DNA from: Phoronis australis
Lineage: Eukaryota; Animalia; Phoronida
Assembly (NCBI GenBank): GCA_002633005.1
Contig: NMRA01000123.1
Location: forward strand, 402,364-466,363
Length of the DNA: 64,000 nt
Reading direction: 5' to 3'
Positions 1 through 11,908 of this stretch are shown here, in pieces (within the stretch, counting starts at the first letter, position 1; every line of letters starts with the position of its first letter). The notes under the pieces are model-generated. The model was not told the origin of the DNA. It saw nothing but the letters and a program-made list of their open reading frames with translations, and searched no databases. The position numbers were made by a program, and so were the translations under genes.

Positions 1-1240
1 AAATTGTGAAATTGATTACAGCAAATTATATTGAGTAATGGATAAAAATCTGAGGAAGTTTTTTAATGTAAATTTCTGAGTTGCCGGGCTTTTAGCGTGT
101 CGATCGGGTGAGTTCAAACGAACTTAATTTTCAGGGATGAATGTTATACATTCGTACACATTGTTAAATACCAGTCTCTCATCTACACTTATAAGCCCTG
201 TTAACAAGAGATGTTATTTTAAGGTGATTTTTTGCATGTTTCAAGTGAAAATTTCGCAAGGGCATCAAAATAGACGGAGAGGTCAATGAGTGGATTATTG
301 CAGATTGTTTTGTTCGAGGTGGATAAGGATCGCGTACACTGTTTTGGTTGCATAGGTCATAAATACTTGCCACTTTGCATGAACCGGAATCTTGTGCTTC
401 AGGGCACGAGATCGAGCCTTTAACAACGACTCAAATATTCCACTCGTTCTTAGTTCTAGCTTTTCTACACTCCAATCAATTGTTCGTGAAATAGAGACGT
501 ACATGTACAGTTTTCACCAAACCGCAATCAAGCTACAAAATATCAAGTCTTAGAGAAAACAAAAGTTTTAAGATAACTTTTCTAGAGTTTATAGCCCCTA
601 ACGAATCGAGGGGCGCCCCAAACATAGGATCTATGATACCTTGCTGCGTGAATAAACACCACTCTTAGATGAGGAATCGGCTTGCTGAAGACGCACTGTT
701 CGCCCTATAAGTGCACATACTCAATCACATAGGGGCGCAGCAATAAAAAAGTGGGCTGCTAAAGCCAACACCCCTCCTGTGGTGCACCACCTATAGACCT
801 TAACTGGGCGGTGCAGCACTAAAAAAGTGGGGGGGCTATAGCCTACCAGCCCCCTATGGTGCTCGGCCCATTGATCACAATGTCTATTCACCATTTCCGG
901 CAAACCTTGTTTGTCCAGCACGTGACTTCGATGTCGCCAGCAGAACGTAACTGGTTGCACACGTACAGTAGGTTGATTTTAAAATACCGTCAACTTCGTA
1001 CAAATTGATGTTAAAAGCAATCGACCACGCGAGAAAAAAGAAGGTCATCTACATACAGCACCACGTCACATACCATGGCAATCAATATGTGTCGTCATAC
1101 AACGTAGTACAGTGTACATGTATATCGTTATTAATAATTCCCCGTTACGTAAACATTAACGAAAAAATTAAACTATATGGAGACTAGCCGCATTCTTAAA
1201 CTGAGAGAAATGGGCGTGTTTAGATTAGTCAGGTGACGCT

Positions 1241-2009
1241 GCAAAAGGTACCCGCTCATCCAAAACCTTTACGGCTAACAGATGGCGCTTTTCATCAATG
1301 ACGTGTCATTTTATCGCTCAAGTAAGACTGTCTGCCACAGAATCTTAACCAAGAACCTTGACCTACATTCTGCTGCTGCTGACAGACTGTAACCACAGGT
1401 CACGAGAGTTCATGAACCAGACAGTGTATGTCCTGATGAGTGGCGAATTAATTTGTGTGGAAAAGAAATCTTTGTGTCCGACATTCCATGTTTAAAATCC
1501 CATTTGTAACAACTATTTATAACATATAATTAAGATGAAAGTGTTAATAATATACGCTGTTGTGGTTGCTCGGCCTAAACGCTGGGGTAAAATATATACA
1601 TGTATTCAATGAACGTGACCATGGTGAGGCTACTAAACCGGGCCCGGCCACTTTTCCGCCCGGCGAGATTTTGGCAACTTCACAACCATAATTTTAATTA
1701 GGTTGAAACATAACCACTATATTTTTTAAATTATGCTTGAATTGTACATGGTGATATACATGTTAGGTTTTATTCTCTGCGATATTTTCTTTTTCGTTCA
1801 GTGTCTCGTTAGCCAACAACACTGAGCCCAGCAGACCGGACTGGCTGTGGCACGACACGGCACCTGATGGTTCACCAAGTAGAAACACAAGATTCAGTTC
1901 ACACAAGAATGTCACATGACTGTAAGCAGCGCTGCCTGTTAGTAAAGCATCATTGCATCCAGCGCCATCTGTTTGCCGTAAAGGTTTTGGATGAGCGGGT
2001 ACCTTTTGC
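1241..2009. mobile_element. Non-autonomous TIR element, Mutator/MULE-like
   Basis: ~49-bp inverted repeats (GCAAAAGGTACCCGCTCATCCAAAACCTTTACGGC.. at 1241; reverse complement ending 2009), G..C termini, perfect 9-bp flanking direct repeat GGTGACGCT (1232-1240, 2010-2018). Confidence 0.75.
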
Positions 2010-3689
2010 GGTGACGCTAGTGAATAACGGAAACACTTATGTTTTAACGTGGGCAAAGAGTGTCCTTGCCTGTATGAGGCAATGCCATTGGGAACAAGTT
2101 GGTCGGTAAATTTAATTGTTTGTTGAAGGATCGCATAACTGAATTGGCACTAAATGATAGATTTCTTTCAAAATTAAACAGCTGTAGACTGCATCATTAG
2201 ACATTGGTGCCAACTGCCGGAATTCAATGAGAAACGCGTATATGTATTTACATGTAGTAATGCATTGCTTCTCCTTTTCGCAAGTTTTCCGATGAGAAGA
2301 AAACACTAGATTACTTACACGGGTTTCGGCATTCCTCTTACGATACAATCGAATACAGCATTGTCACGGTGGCGTAGGAACTGACCACGGGGGTTTCCAA
2401 TAACTCTTGGAGGTACCATCACTGATTTGTCTGCACACCGGAAACACAAACAGCTTTGCACACAACACATCAAGAAATGACATTAAAACGACAACGGTGG
2501 ATAGTATCGACGTGTAAACGAATTTTAAGAATCAAACCTAGAGTGAATAACATTCGCTTTCATAACGTTTCAATCACCTTCTGGAAATGAAGGAAAATAT
2601 ACGTTTTACATGTATCTTGGAAAATAAAACAGTATAGCTCGGTAACAACCACTGGTGGTAATCTTTCACGACTGTTGTTGTTTTTCAAGGCAAGGTGACG
2701 TGACTTTATATATTCAGATAATAAAAATTTAAAGTCCATCATAAAATATAGTGCATGGACCGCCAACTCCGCATACTTTCAATGGACGAAATCTGTGGTC
2801 TTACGCCCAAGCTGTTACGTCACTATTCAGTAGCGACACTTGGCCAAATTATGGAGTTTTATTACTGGCAATGTACATGTACGTCGTCTGCTAATCGAGG
2901 TCGGCTGCAGTGTGGTCGAGTGGTTGTAGCATTGTTAAAAGTACTCACTACAATTGGAAGGCTTTGATCAGCGCTTCAGTGCCGAAGCTATTATTTGTCG
3001 TTGTACTAGATAGTATAATAGAAGCGTGAATTTCCTGTCCCAATACACTAACCGGAAAATGAAACTGATAATTTAGGAGAGTGGCGCCTCCTCTAGGACA
3101 GTACACAAGAAAGCGTCGGAGTTGCGAATTTGCTGTCTATAATCTCTGATTCCATCTATCACCAGGTTTGACAAGCTTAACGTAATCAATTCATCATAAC
3201 CGTCTTAAGGACATGTTTGTCACTGAAGTAATTATTAGACGCACAATATATGTTTTAGTGGAACTAGTGCTACAGCGTAAGTGCATTGTCAACACGAGAG
3301 TCAATACTATAAATGAAAGGCCTAACGTGGTTATCAACCAAAGAATTAGTATTAGCTTTGTTGAATAAAGCTTGTTTTATAAGTTGAAGTTTGACAAATT
3401 TTCAACAAAAATGTATAGTCGTGCTTTCAACGGAAAACAAAACAGGAAACATTTTCGTTCTTTAGTAGACCTTCTATAGTTTCTCACCCATGCACCGTCC
3501 GTACACCATAACTCTTTGAGCTAAATCACGGCAAACGCACTTTCGACCACTCTGCTGCACGTTACAACGTTGTTGGTCCTCGGGACACTTTAAGCCTCCG
3601 TCCTCTGGGTTGCAAGGTACCTCGGTTGAGTCTTAAAAACGTATATGGCGGTCTCATTAGTTCACATTCTTGCTACTATTACCTCCTCA

Positions 3690-4022
3690 GTCGTCACAAT
3701 CATCACTTTCGTCGTCGGCGTCATCGTCATCGTCATCATCACCATCATCGTTAATATCATCAGCATTACCTTCATCGGTTCTGTCAACGTGTAATCATCA
3801 TTGCCATCATCATCGTGAATCTATCGACATCGAGACAATCATCAGCATCGTCATTATATTCACGGTCACCGCCAATATTGTCATTGGCATTACCTTGGTA
3901 ATCACCAACATCATCGTCATTGGCAGCATCATCGCAATCAACATCGCTAACAATATCATCATCGTTGGCAATATCCTCGTCATCACCACAATGCATATCT
4001 TTGCGATCAACATCAACATCAT
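3690..4022. repeat. Degenerate (CAT/CGT)n trinucleotide low-complexity tract
   Basis: Visible ATC/GTC triplet periodicity; produces low-complexity ORFs in several frames. Confidence 0.85.
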
Positions 4023-4179
4023 TGTTTCGGGTGGCGTTGACTATGAGTAAAACTTGTTTACAGTAACATTAAGAGGGACGATGAAAAATAAATACTATAT
4101 CATTTCCTTTTCATGGTTAAACTCTTAGCCGATAGTTCATCGGCACTTGAGTTCTGTTAAAAATGAACGTAATACCTAC

Positions 4180-4299
4180 CTTTGCAGGTGTTGTTGTACT
4201 CTATCTTATTTCCAGGACATTCACACCGTCTTGATCTGCACGCCATCAAAGGGTCAGGGCACTTAAGACCAGACGCTTCACACGGGACCATTTCCGGCA
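4180..4299 (-). CDS. Internal exon, EB/EGF-like 6-Cys module (PEMVPCEASGLKCPDPLMACRSRRCECPGNKIEYNNTCK)
   Basis: Acceptor TGACCTTACAG|TG, donor AAAG|GTAGGT; 120 nt, phase 1-1, open frame, C..C..C..CxC..C spacing. Confidence 0.7.
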
Positions 4300-4729
4300 C
4301 TGTAAGGTCAATAGCTAATCTTAACAATAATTCCCCAGGAAAATTATTCGTAACAAAAATGCAAAGCGCCATCTTGTGCATCAAATTCCCTTCAATGCCA
4401 AGGAATGCAATGACATAGCACAAACAAAACGGCAGTCTGTGCCAGGCTTGTGGAACAACAAGAAGAACGTCCCGGGGCAACTTCGTGCACTAGCTCTGCA
4501 AAAGGTAAAGCTAGGCTGTCGAAACACATGAATAATCCTGCTAACGAACGCCTCTCGCGAAGACGTTTGTCCGGGTGAAATCGAAGCAAATGAGTCAAAA
4601 CTAGACTCACTGCTCAAAGGGACAGTCGGCTCATCTAGCGCAGGTGATGGAGAGCGGAATTTAAGGCTCAGAAAGTATTTCGGTTCCGACGTGAGAATAG
4701 AGGGCGATACTGGCAGGCCTTATCTGTAA

Positions 4730-6400
4730 GACTTGTTTGTTAACTGAACATCAATGAATTTCCTGATATTATACCTCTTGTACTTCTATGAGAATAGTTA
4801 CTGCCATGGTCAAAATGTTGTTCCATAATGATGTCGCGGTGCACAACTGGTAGTTGATGGTGTGTGAGCTGTTAGTGAATTGATCACGTTCAAAAAGCAT
4901 CTCGCTGTGGACAATCCTCGACAGCAAAAGGCAGTATTCAATGAAGCTGCAAGGAAGGAGAGTGTTAATGGGGGTAATGGGACCGCCAGATTAGTCTTGT
5001 TATATTATCTTTTCCTCAACGTCCTGTACAGCGCGTTAGGCAATAAGGTTCTAGTTCACGTTCTTGATGCCACTGATCTCAACAACTAACCTGTGGCAGC
5101 GTAGGAGCAACGATTCAAATCTCTTGGCTGGATCAAATCGAACGACTGCGGTGGGTCGATCGAGAGACCTCAACTCGACACACAAGTTTGCTCTCACAAT
5201 ACGAATATTAGCTGTCTTTTACGTTTGATGACGCCCATTACGAATGCAGCGCCCAAAGGCTCCAGGTGGGTCAGACGTTGACTGCCTCATTAGAGTGTGA
5301 AACGAGCTGCATCAGAGACAAGACGATGTAACCTGAATAATGGCGCAGTTTAGATCCAGAACAAAGTAGTAACGGTGAATCACAGACCAAAGTTGAATGG
5401 GCAGGTGAATTAGCTTCACATGGATGTGAGTAGACCATATAACGTGCCTGGGGTCTGTAGTAAATTCTCTTTCAGCCGTCCGTGGTACCTTCTTTCGGAC
5501 TACTGTAAGCCATCCCTGACAATGGAGGCAACTTTGAGGTACGGTTTAACGTACTTGATGTTCTTGGCTTTTTAGAATATCAAGTGCATTGAGTCACACA
5601 TGCATACGCTCTGCACAAGTCAGGAGCCTGGGATTGAAGGACTTTCTAGGCAGCCCTGGTGGTGCACGGTAGCGGAACACACCCTTTCAAACTTTAAAAT
5701 CAGTGCATATCTAAATAACGACACCCTTTCCAAGCAACTTGGTTAGATACGTGGTGAACTACGCTGTCTTCCGTGAAGGTCGCGAAATATGAATTTTGAC
5801 AACTGTGGGTAGCACAGAGCGAGGCATTCAGACAGGCAAAGTCGCGTGGGAGGTTCGCGTACCCAGTTAAACGGCCCACAGATACCTAATATCTACTGAC
5901 TCTCGCGGAGAAGGTTCACTCACAGACTCATGTAAACTTGCAAGTAAAATTTACTATATTTTGCATTGCATGTCACCTTTCTAGATTGAATAGTGTAGGA
6001 GCTGAATTCAGTCACCGCTGCTTTAATATATTGAGCTTCGATCCTACACGGTATCCAACTGACTTGACTTTTCCGTAACAAACTGCTGGAGTAGCCAGTT
6101 AAGAGTGGTTTGTCATGACGGGTGACGTACAATGTTGCGCCTTGGCCACGACGTTCTACGGACCTGTCAGTAACTATCCACAACAAATCACTGGGACGGG
6201 TAATTACTATACACTTCTTCGACGCCAAAACCCTTCTGACTGTCAGTGAACACGCACCTCACTTACGGAGTCCAAGGTGTCTTGAATGGAGACAAAAGAT
6301 GAAATCTTCCGGGGCCCAGATAATCGGTACAATGTAAAATGGCGCGAGACAGGATCTTGTAAGCTCCAAAATAAGGTCCCGTATTTCTATTACGATGGCA
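4730..6400 (-). mobile_element. Highly degraded non-LTR retrotransposon (LINE) relic
   Basis: Fragmentary minus-strand motifs in LINE ORF2 order: DRSVERRGQGATLYV (endonuclease DR..GGGV.LYV), TDPR..W, AASLNTAF; many stops and frameshifts; boundaries approximate. Confidence 0.35.
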
Positions 6401-6514
6401 GTTAGCGTGCAAATATCGTTTTGTCCATACACAACACAGTACTTGGTGGACCACTGGAAAATTTGCGGGATTACAGGTATCTCTGCGCCAGAGATGCTCA
6501 CAGCGCCATACAGT

Positions 6515-6516
<2 letters not shown>

Positions 6517-6551
<35 letters not shown>

Positions 6552-6559
6552 AACACACA
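6517..6559. repeat. (CA)n microsatellite
   Basis: Direct reading. Confidence 0.95.
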
Positions 6560-8185
6560 TAATATACATATATATGGTAGCTGCTACCTGTGCGCGAAAT
6601 CACGGGTAACGGGTAGTTTGAAAATAACTGCTTACGATCATAGAATATGCACTTTGTGTACGAAAAACTCCGTTGAAGACAAATTTTGTTCTTATTTTGA
6701 TAGGTTGGCCTTCATTCCATGATCTCAAGAAAATGTTCGTACTGTACGTGTTTTGGCGATTTCCAACCTTGATAAATTTCATTCAAATGAAGGTAGATAG
6801 TAAAAGCTAAACACATTTTACACGTTGAAAAGGTGAGAGAGGTTGTTGGATACTTTAATTAAGTTTTATGAGTTTGAACGATATTTATTTTAGCCAGGCT
6901 AAGTGTAGGTCTCTCGCCTTTTCTTTTACAACGGAAACAATGCGAGCTGCAGAATGCAATCTGTCTGGACTGTCTTTTTGCTAAAAATCACAATAGTATA
7001 GTCTACACCAGTGGCGGATTTAGGGGTGGGAGCACTCAAGGGGCCATGCCCCCTGAATTCTCCCAGATTCCAATTAGCAGTTGGGGGGTGCGAATGTCTG
7101 ACGGGTAAAATCCTGGCTAATACTCTGCCCTGCCCCCCAACTCAAAATTTTTGTTCTGCCTCTATGCACCAAATTTGAACAACACCTTTCCACGAACGGC
7201 CTTGACACGGTGTCGGTTTCTGATGTGACATTCAGGTTTTTGCACGAACATATGAATTCAACAGATAGCTTTTAAGTGACATCTAAACATTCACAGATAA
7301 GAGCACACTTTACTTTCAAAGAACTATGTGGAACTGATTTCACTGCAGCTCTCACTCGGCCAACACCAGTATATTGTCACAATTGTCGCCTGAAAACTTA
7401 GACGACCGGGATAGATGAGGAAATTCAGTTGAAAGGAACGGAATTGAGAAGAAAAACCTGTCGTCGTTTTGAAAACAGTGCCTAATCGTGACACGCGCAG
7501 GTACGCGCCATCTCCTAAAATTTTGCGATATCTCTTGAGAGCTTGTTTTCTGGTATAAAAATATTAGTGTTATTCATACTGTATGAATATAGGACAGTAT
7601 CGCAAACAAAAGTCATCGACATTAGAAAGATGCACTCTGAAAAGGCGCAACCACAATTTCTAGGATTCACATTTCTTGAATTTCATGAATTTTAAGCACC
7701 GATTTGTCTGTATAACAGACCACATTTACACTTCAGTCCATCAGTCATGCCAATTTGTTTGCGTAAAGCGCTGCCTGTTAAGAATTTGACTAGCCAATCA
7801 AAAACGCCGGTGTAAAAAAATTCCCGAGAAAAATTAAGTGATATCTGCGTGCTGGCTAACGACCACCTAGCGGCACGCAGGTAACCAGCGAGTTGAGCCT
7901 ACGGACTGACGTCATCAAGCCCAGTACGAAACTGGCCACCCTCCCTCCGCGTCCGCGAAAAAACGAGAAAAAATAGAACACCTCGAGTGCCTTTTGCACT
8001 GAAAAGGTTTCTTGTTGGATTGCATGTAATATAAATCCACCATTAATTCCTAATAAGACACATTTCTATTTCCATATTTTGGATCATGTTTTGATGTTCT
8101 ACATGTCCTTTTGAGCTGCGAATGGTATTCACACTACATTAACCTAAAGCTCAGTCATCAAAGTGGCAACTCTGGAGTCACTTAC

Positions 8186-8326
8186 TTGTGCATTTGCCGC
8201 GCGGAAATGCCACGAGAGGAGGCTTGCAGTAACATAATCCATTAGTCCTGTTGCATATCGTGCTGGTATTGGTACAGTATCTGCCGCCGTGCCCACAATG
8301 GAAATAATTTTTGTCTTGAGTGAACC
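8186..8326 (-). CDS. Internal exon, EB/EGF-like 6-Cys module (FTQDKNYFHCGHGGRYCTNTSTICNRTNGLCYCKPPLVAFPRGKCT)
   Basis: Acceptor CTGTCAATAG|GG, donor ACAA|GTAAGT; 141 nt, phase 1-1; same Cys pattern and strand as 4180-4299. Confidence 0.7.
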
Positions 8327-11300
8327 CTATTGACAGGCAATAACGGTAATCAGTGTTTCGACGAAATGCTGTTCTAAAAGGTCCATAAAAGGTGAAAGAG
8401 TGAAAAAACACTCATGCTTGTTTCTGGTTGCAGCTGAATGCAGTCATTTTCCGCTTGCAACACGACGCACTTCGGTTGGCATAGCGTGCCATAGTGCAGA
8501 ACGTGATGTTCAGTACTGAACACCTGGCCACATGTCACAATACGCGAGCGAACAAAGAGAACGAAATGTCGTCCGAATGGCTGGTCACGTTGGCACGAGA
8601 ATTCAGTTTGGAAAGAAAACAACTGGCAATGGTTCATGTCGATTTTCGTTCTGATGCAGTCTAGACACTACAATATAAATTCAGTTGTTCCAATGATGAA
8701 ACGGCAAAACGCAGTAGCTAGAAGGCGCTGTGCGCGACTAAACCAGTCGTCGTATTTCAAACGCGACCAACACTCGCAACATATAAGCTGACGAGGTATG
8801 ACATGTGACTGTCAGTGTCAAGCCTCAAACTACTTACATGCGTATATGACATGACAAACGATGCACTGAAACAATTTTAATTTTAGTAATGACAACGGAG
8901 AGATTCATACAACATGATTGAAAATGACTAAATTTAAACCTTGAGTTCTTATTGTACGTTTGAGACAGCGCAACTCAGTTCAGTTTCATCCCCGGAGTAC
9001 TCTTATCCGGTCGGACCGGCTCACACCTACATGTAGTTTAACTGGGTTTGCAGTCGATTGTTGGGATGCATTAACACGTCTGTTAATAACTGTCAGCTAA
9101 ACCCAGTGGATGGCAAATACGCAGATTGGACGCTAAAGTACTAAAAAAGAACGTTAGTAGAAGCAGAGAAAGCTAATTGAAAGGTAATTTTGTGAATTCT
9201 CTATTGCCTGCTCGTACGAGAGCGCTATTTTTCTATCTGTCACGAGTGTCAGTGGATGCCATTGCAACACACACACTATACGCGCTTATTGCAACCAAAG
9301 TTCAACGTCTGCGGCTGGATGTGCAGCCGGGCAACTAGCATAATTAGTGAACGCACGACTCGAGAGATTCTGTAAAATGTCGGACGTGAACACTTTGATT
9401 AATCAATGAAAAAATTAACTGTTCGTGAGGAACGAGCCATTGAATATACAAGTAGCACATGTTGACGTGTGTACCTTCTGTCTGTGACTACCCCCAACAC
9501 AATTCCGTTGGATTGGCTGGGGAGAAGAGGGCACTTATGCAGGACGTGTCACCTTCTTGTGTGCCATGTTCACGCTAATTATATTCCCTGTGAAGGTGTT
9601 TTTCCCAGTAAACTTACTGAAGAGGGACTTCGTTTTTTTTGGGCTGGAATTCAAACAGGACAATTCCATTCTTTCGCGCTTACTATCTAGGATTCAACAT
9701 AGCAAGCAGTCCCAGGTAAACGTGCACGGCTTATTTTGATAAATCTCTTGAATGTTGAGTGTCCAAATTTCCTAGCGGCACACCCCGATCATAAATGTAG
9801 TCCAGCGCCCCTTAGTGTTGACCACGTGAACTACCTGATCTGTGTTGCATCAGGTAGAATGAGGGAATAAAGTAGAAGGAGACTTGACACCAGAGTCCCA
9901 CGTGGTCTTTCGAGAGTCGTCACTATGTAAGGACCTGCATGGTGAAATGAAAAAACCCTGGTCTTGACTTGCACGGTCAGATTTTGCCAGCTTTGAGAAG
10001 AATTATTAAAATATAAAAAGATGCATCGACGAAGTATCAGAGGAGATTTTGAATCAGGATTTGAAAATAATACAGGGTCAGAGTTAACATTCTCGACAAA
10101 TTTTTTACATTCTCGAAATTCTACAGAAGAAAACATTGACATACGGAATCAAGATAGTCTGATTTTAAAGACGGATCAAGGGTATGACAAAATTAAAAAC
10201 ACAACACTAAAACAAAAATAAATAGATATATCTATTTCGATCCTCCAAAACTCTACTGGTGACCTACTGTATGCTTTACGTTGAACAACAAAAGACTAAT
10301 TTTGTTGCCGAGTATTCATTCGGTTTTTCGATTGAACAACTTATATTTACCTGTGGACTATTTTCGTTGAACCATTGGTTTATTTATTGACTTGCAAATG
10401 GTTTGGCAAACCACAATCTCATATTTTATAAACTGTTAAGGTTTTAAATGACCCTAGAAAAAATGTATAACTTTCGATAATTTCGTATCATCATACATGA
10501 GACAAGGCTAAATGGAATCATATGAAAATTGCAAATAATATGTTCTCGACACTGTTATCCAAAAAACTGCTACCGGGTAGGATTCGTTTTTGAAATGATC
10601 GACTTTTGGACGATGTCGAAGGAGAATTTGCTCATTAATTCGGTTCGATAGTAATGAAACACTAAAGACTTAAAACGAACAGGAATCACTTTCGGTTAGT
10701 TGCTATGAGTTGTTCTCAACATTTCTCAATCAAGAACAGACGCTTGAAAAATAGGGGAAAAGACAAATAAGCTTGTATACTGGTAACACATTTTATTTTA
10801 TGGAACTCAAAGCCGACGCATATTGGCTCTGCAAAGTTGGAGTGCAACGGCAATGTTGTAATCACCTGTTTATTATACTCTACTAAGAGATTGAATATTA
10901 ACTATTTTGGTTTTATGTATGATTTTATTTCGACATTCTTTGGCCAAAGTGCTTCCAATGTGCTTCAAATGTTTTCCATTTTGGTAACTATTGTTTTTGC
11001 ATGGCTTGGCCAATAGATTTGCGTCCATCGCAGACGCTTCTGACATATATCCTTGAGTAGGCGACAGATTTTGTTTCATTTGTCGATCTTATAAATTTCT
11101 GTGTATTTAGCATTGTTGGTTTGCATGCTTCGACATACATTGTATATGTAACTACACCAAGTTCCTAGAGAATTTAAACAAATGGATGAAAAGTGCTATC
11201 GTAAGAACATTTACATGTCCTTTGAATTGGAACGGTCATGCGACTGAACTATGTTGACGCTACAAGCACAACATTTTCTCGGTAGAAAGCGAAAACAACA

Positions 11301-11908
11301 GAAGATAGAAACACTCCTCCACATCTTTGACAGAGTGTCAAAACGCACGGTCGTCAGGTGATTGATCAATAAGTTTGATTTATGGAGTCTAATTCACTCT
11401 TTCCGTTCTATAAGCGAATGTTCTTCACCACGAGTGCTTCGCGACTGCCTCAGGCACATCATCCAGTTCTACATTATAACGATCTTTGTATTTTCCTGAA
11501 ATTTTACCTGCTCAACTCAAAACCCTGGCGGAAACCCAGTAATCTGAGTGACATGCCTTTTACAGTTTGTATCGTATGCGGGAATTTTTGCAGATTAGTA
11601 GACTGTTTGTGAGTCTTTGCTATGACTGTCAGCTCCCTCGTTACTAGACATATCCTCACAACACAATTTGGCCTTTCACTCCTGGAATCAAGGTCAAGTG
11701 GATCCTTACAGGGTTGGTTTGAAATAGGCACATCAAGAGTGGATTCTAGACCCTCAAAAAAGTTCTGATCAGTTTTAACCAATCGACAAGGCGATACACG
11801 CACAATGGATCCACCACGACGGACAAAATAACTTTCCATCGTGGAATAAAACTTTACACTGGCCTAGCCATCGATCCCTATCCTCTCGTTTGTAGTACAC
11901 GATACAAG

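Noticed and set aside
3670-4050. Hydrophobic 126-aa membrane protein ORF and antisense Asp- or Met-rich ORFs
   Set aside because: By-products of the (CAT)n low-complexity tract.
5420-5455. Penelope RT motif PGTLYGL
   Set aside because: The alternative frame (TDPR..W) fits the surrounding LINE motifs better; no other Penelope motif nearby.
9835-9934. Candidate exon with strong acceptor and hydrophobic stretch (VSSLLLLYSLIL)
   Set aside because: Ends in phase 2, incompatible with the phase-1 EB exon, and no bridging exon was found.
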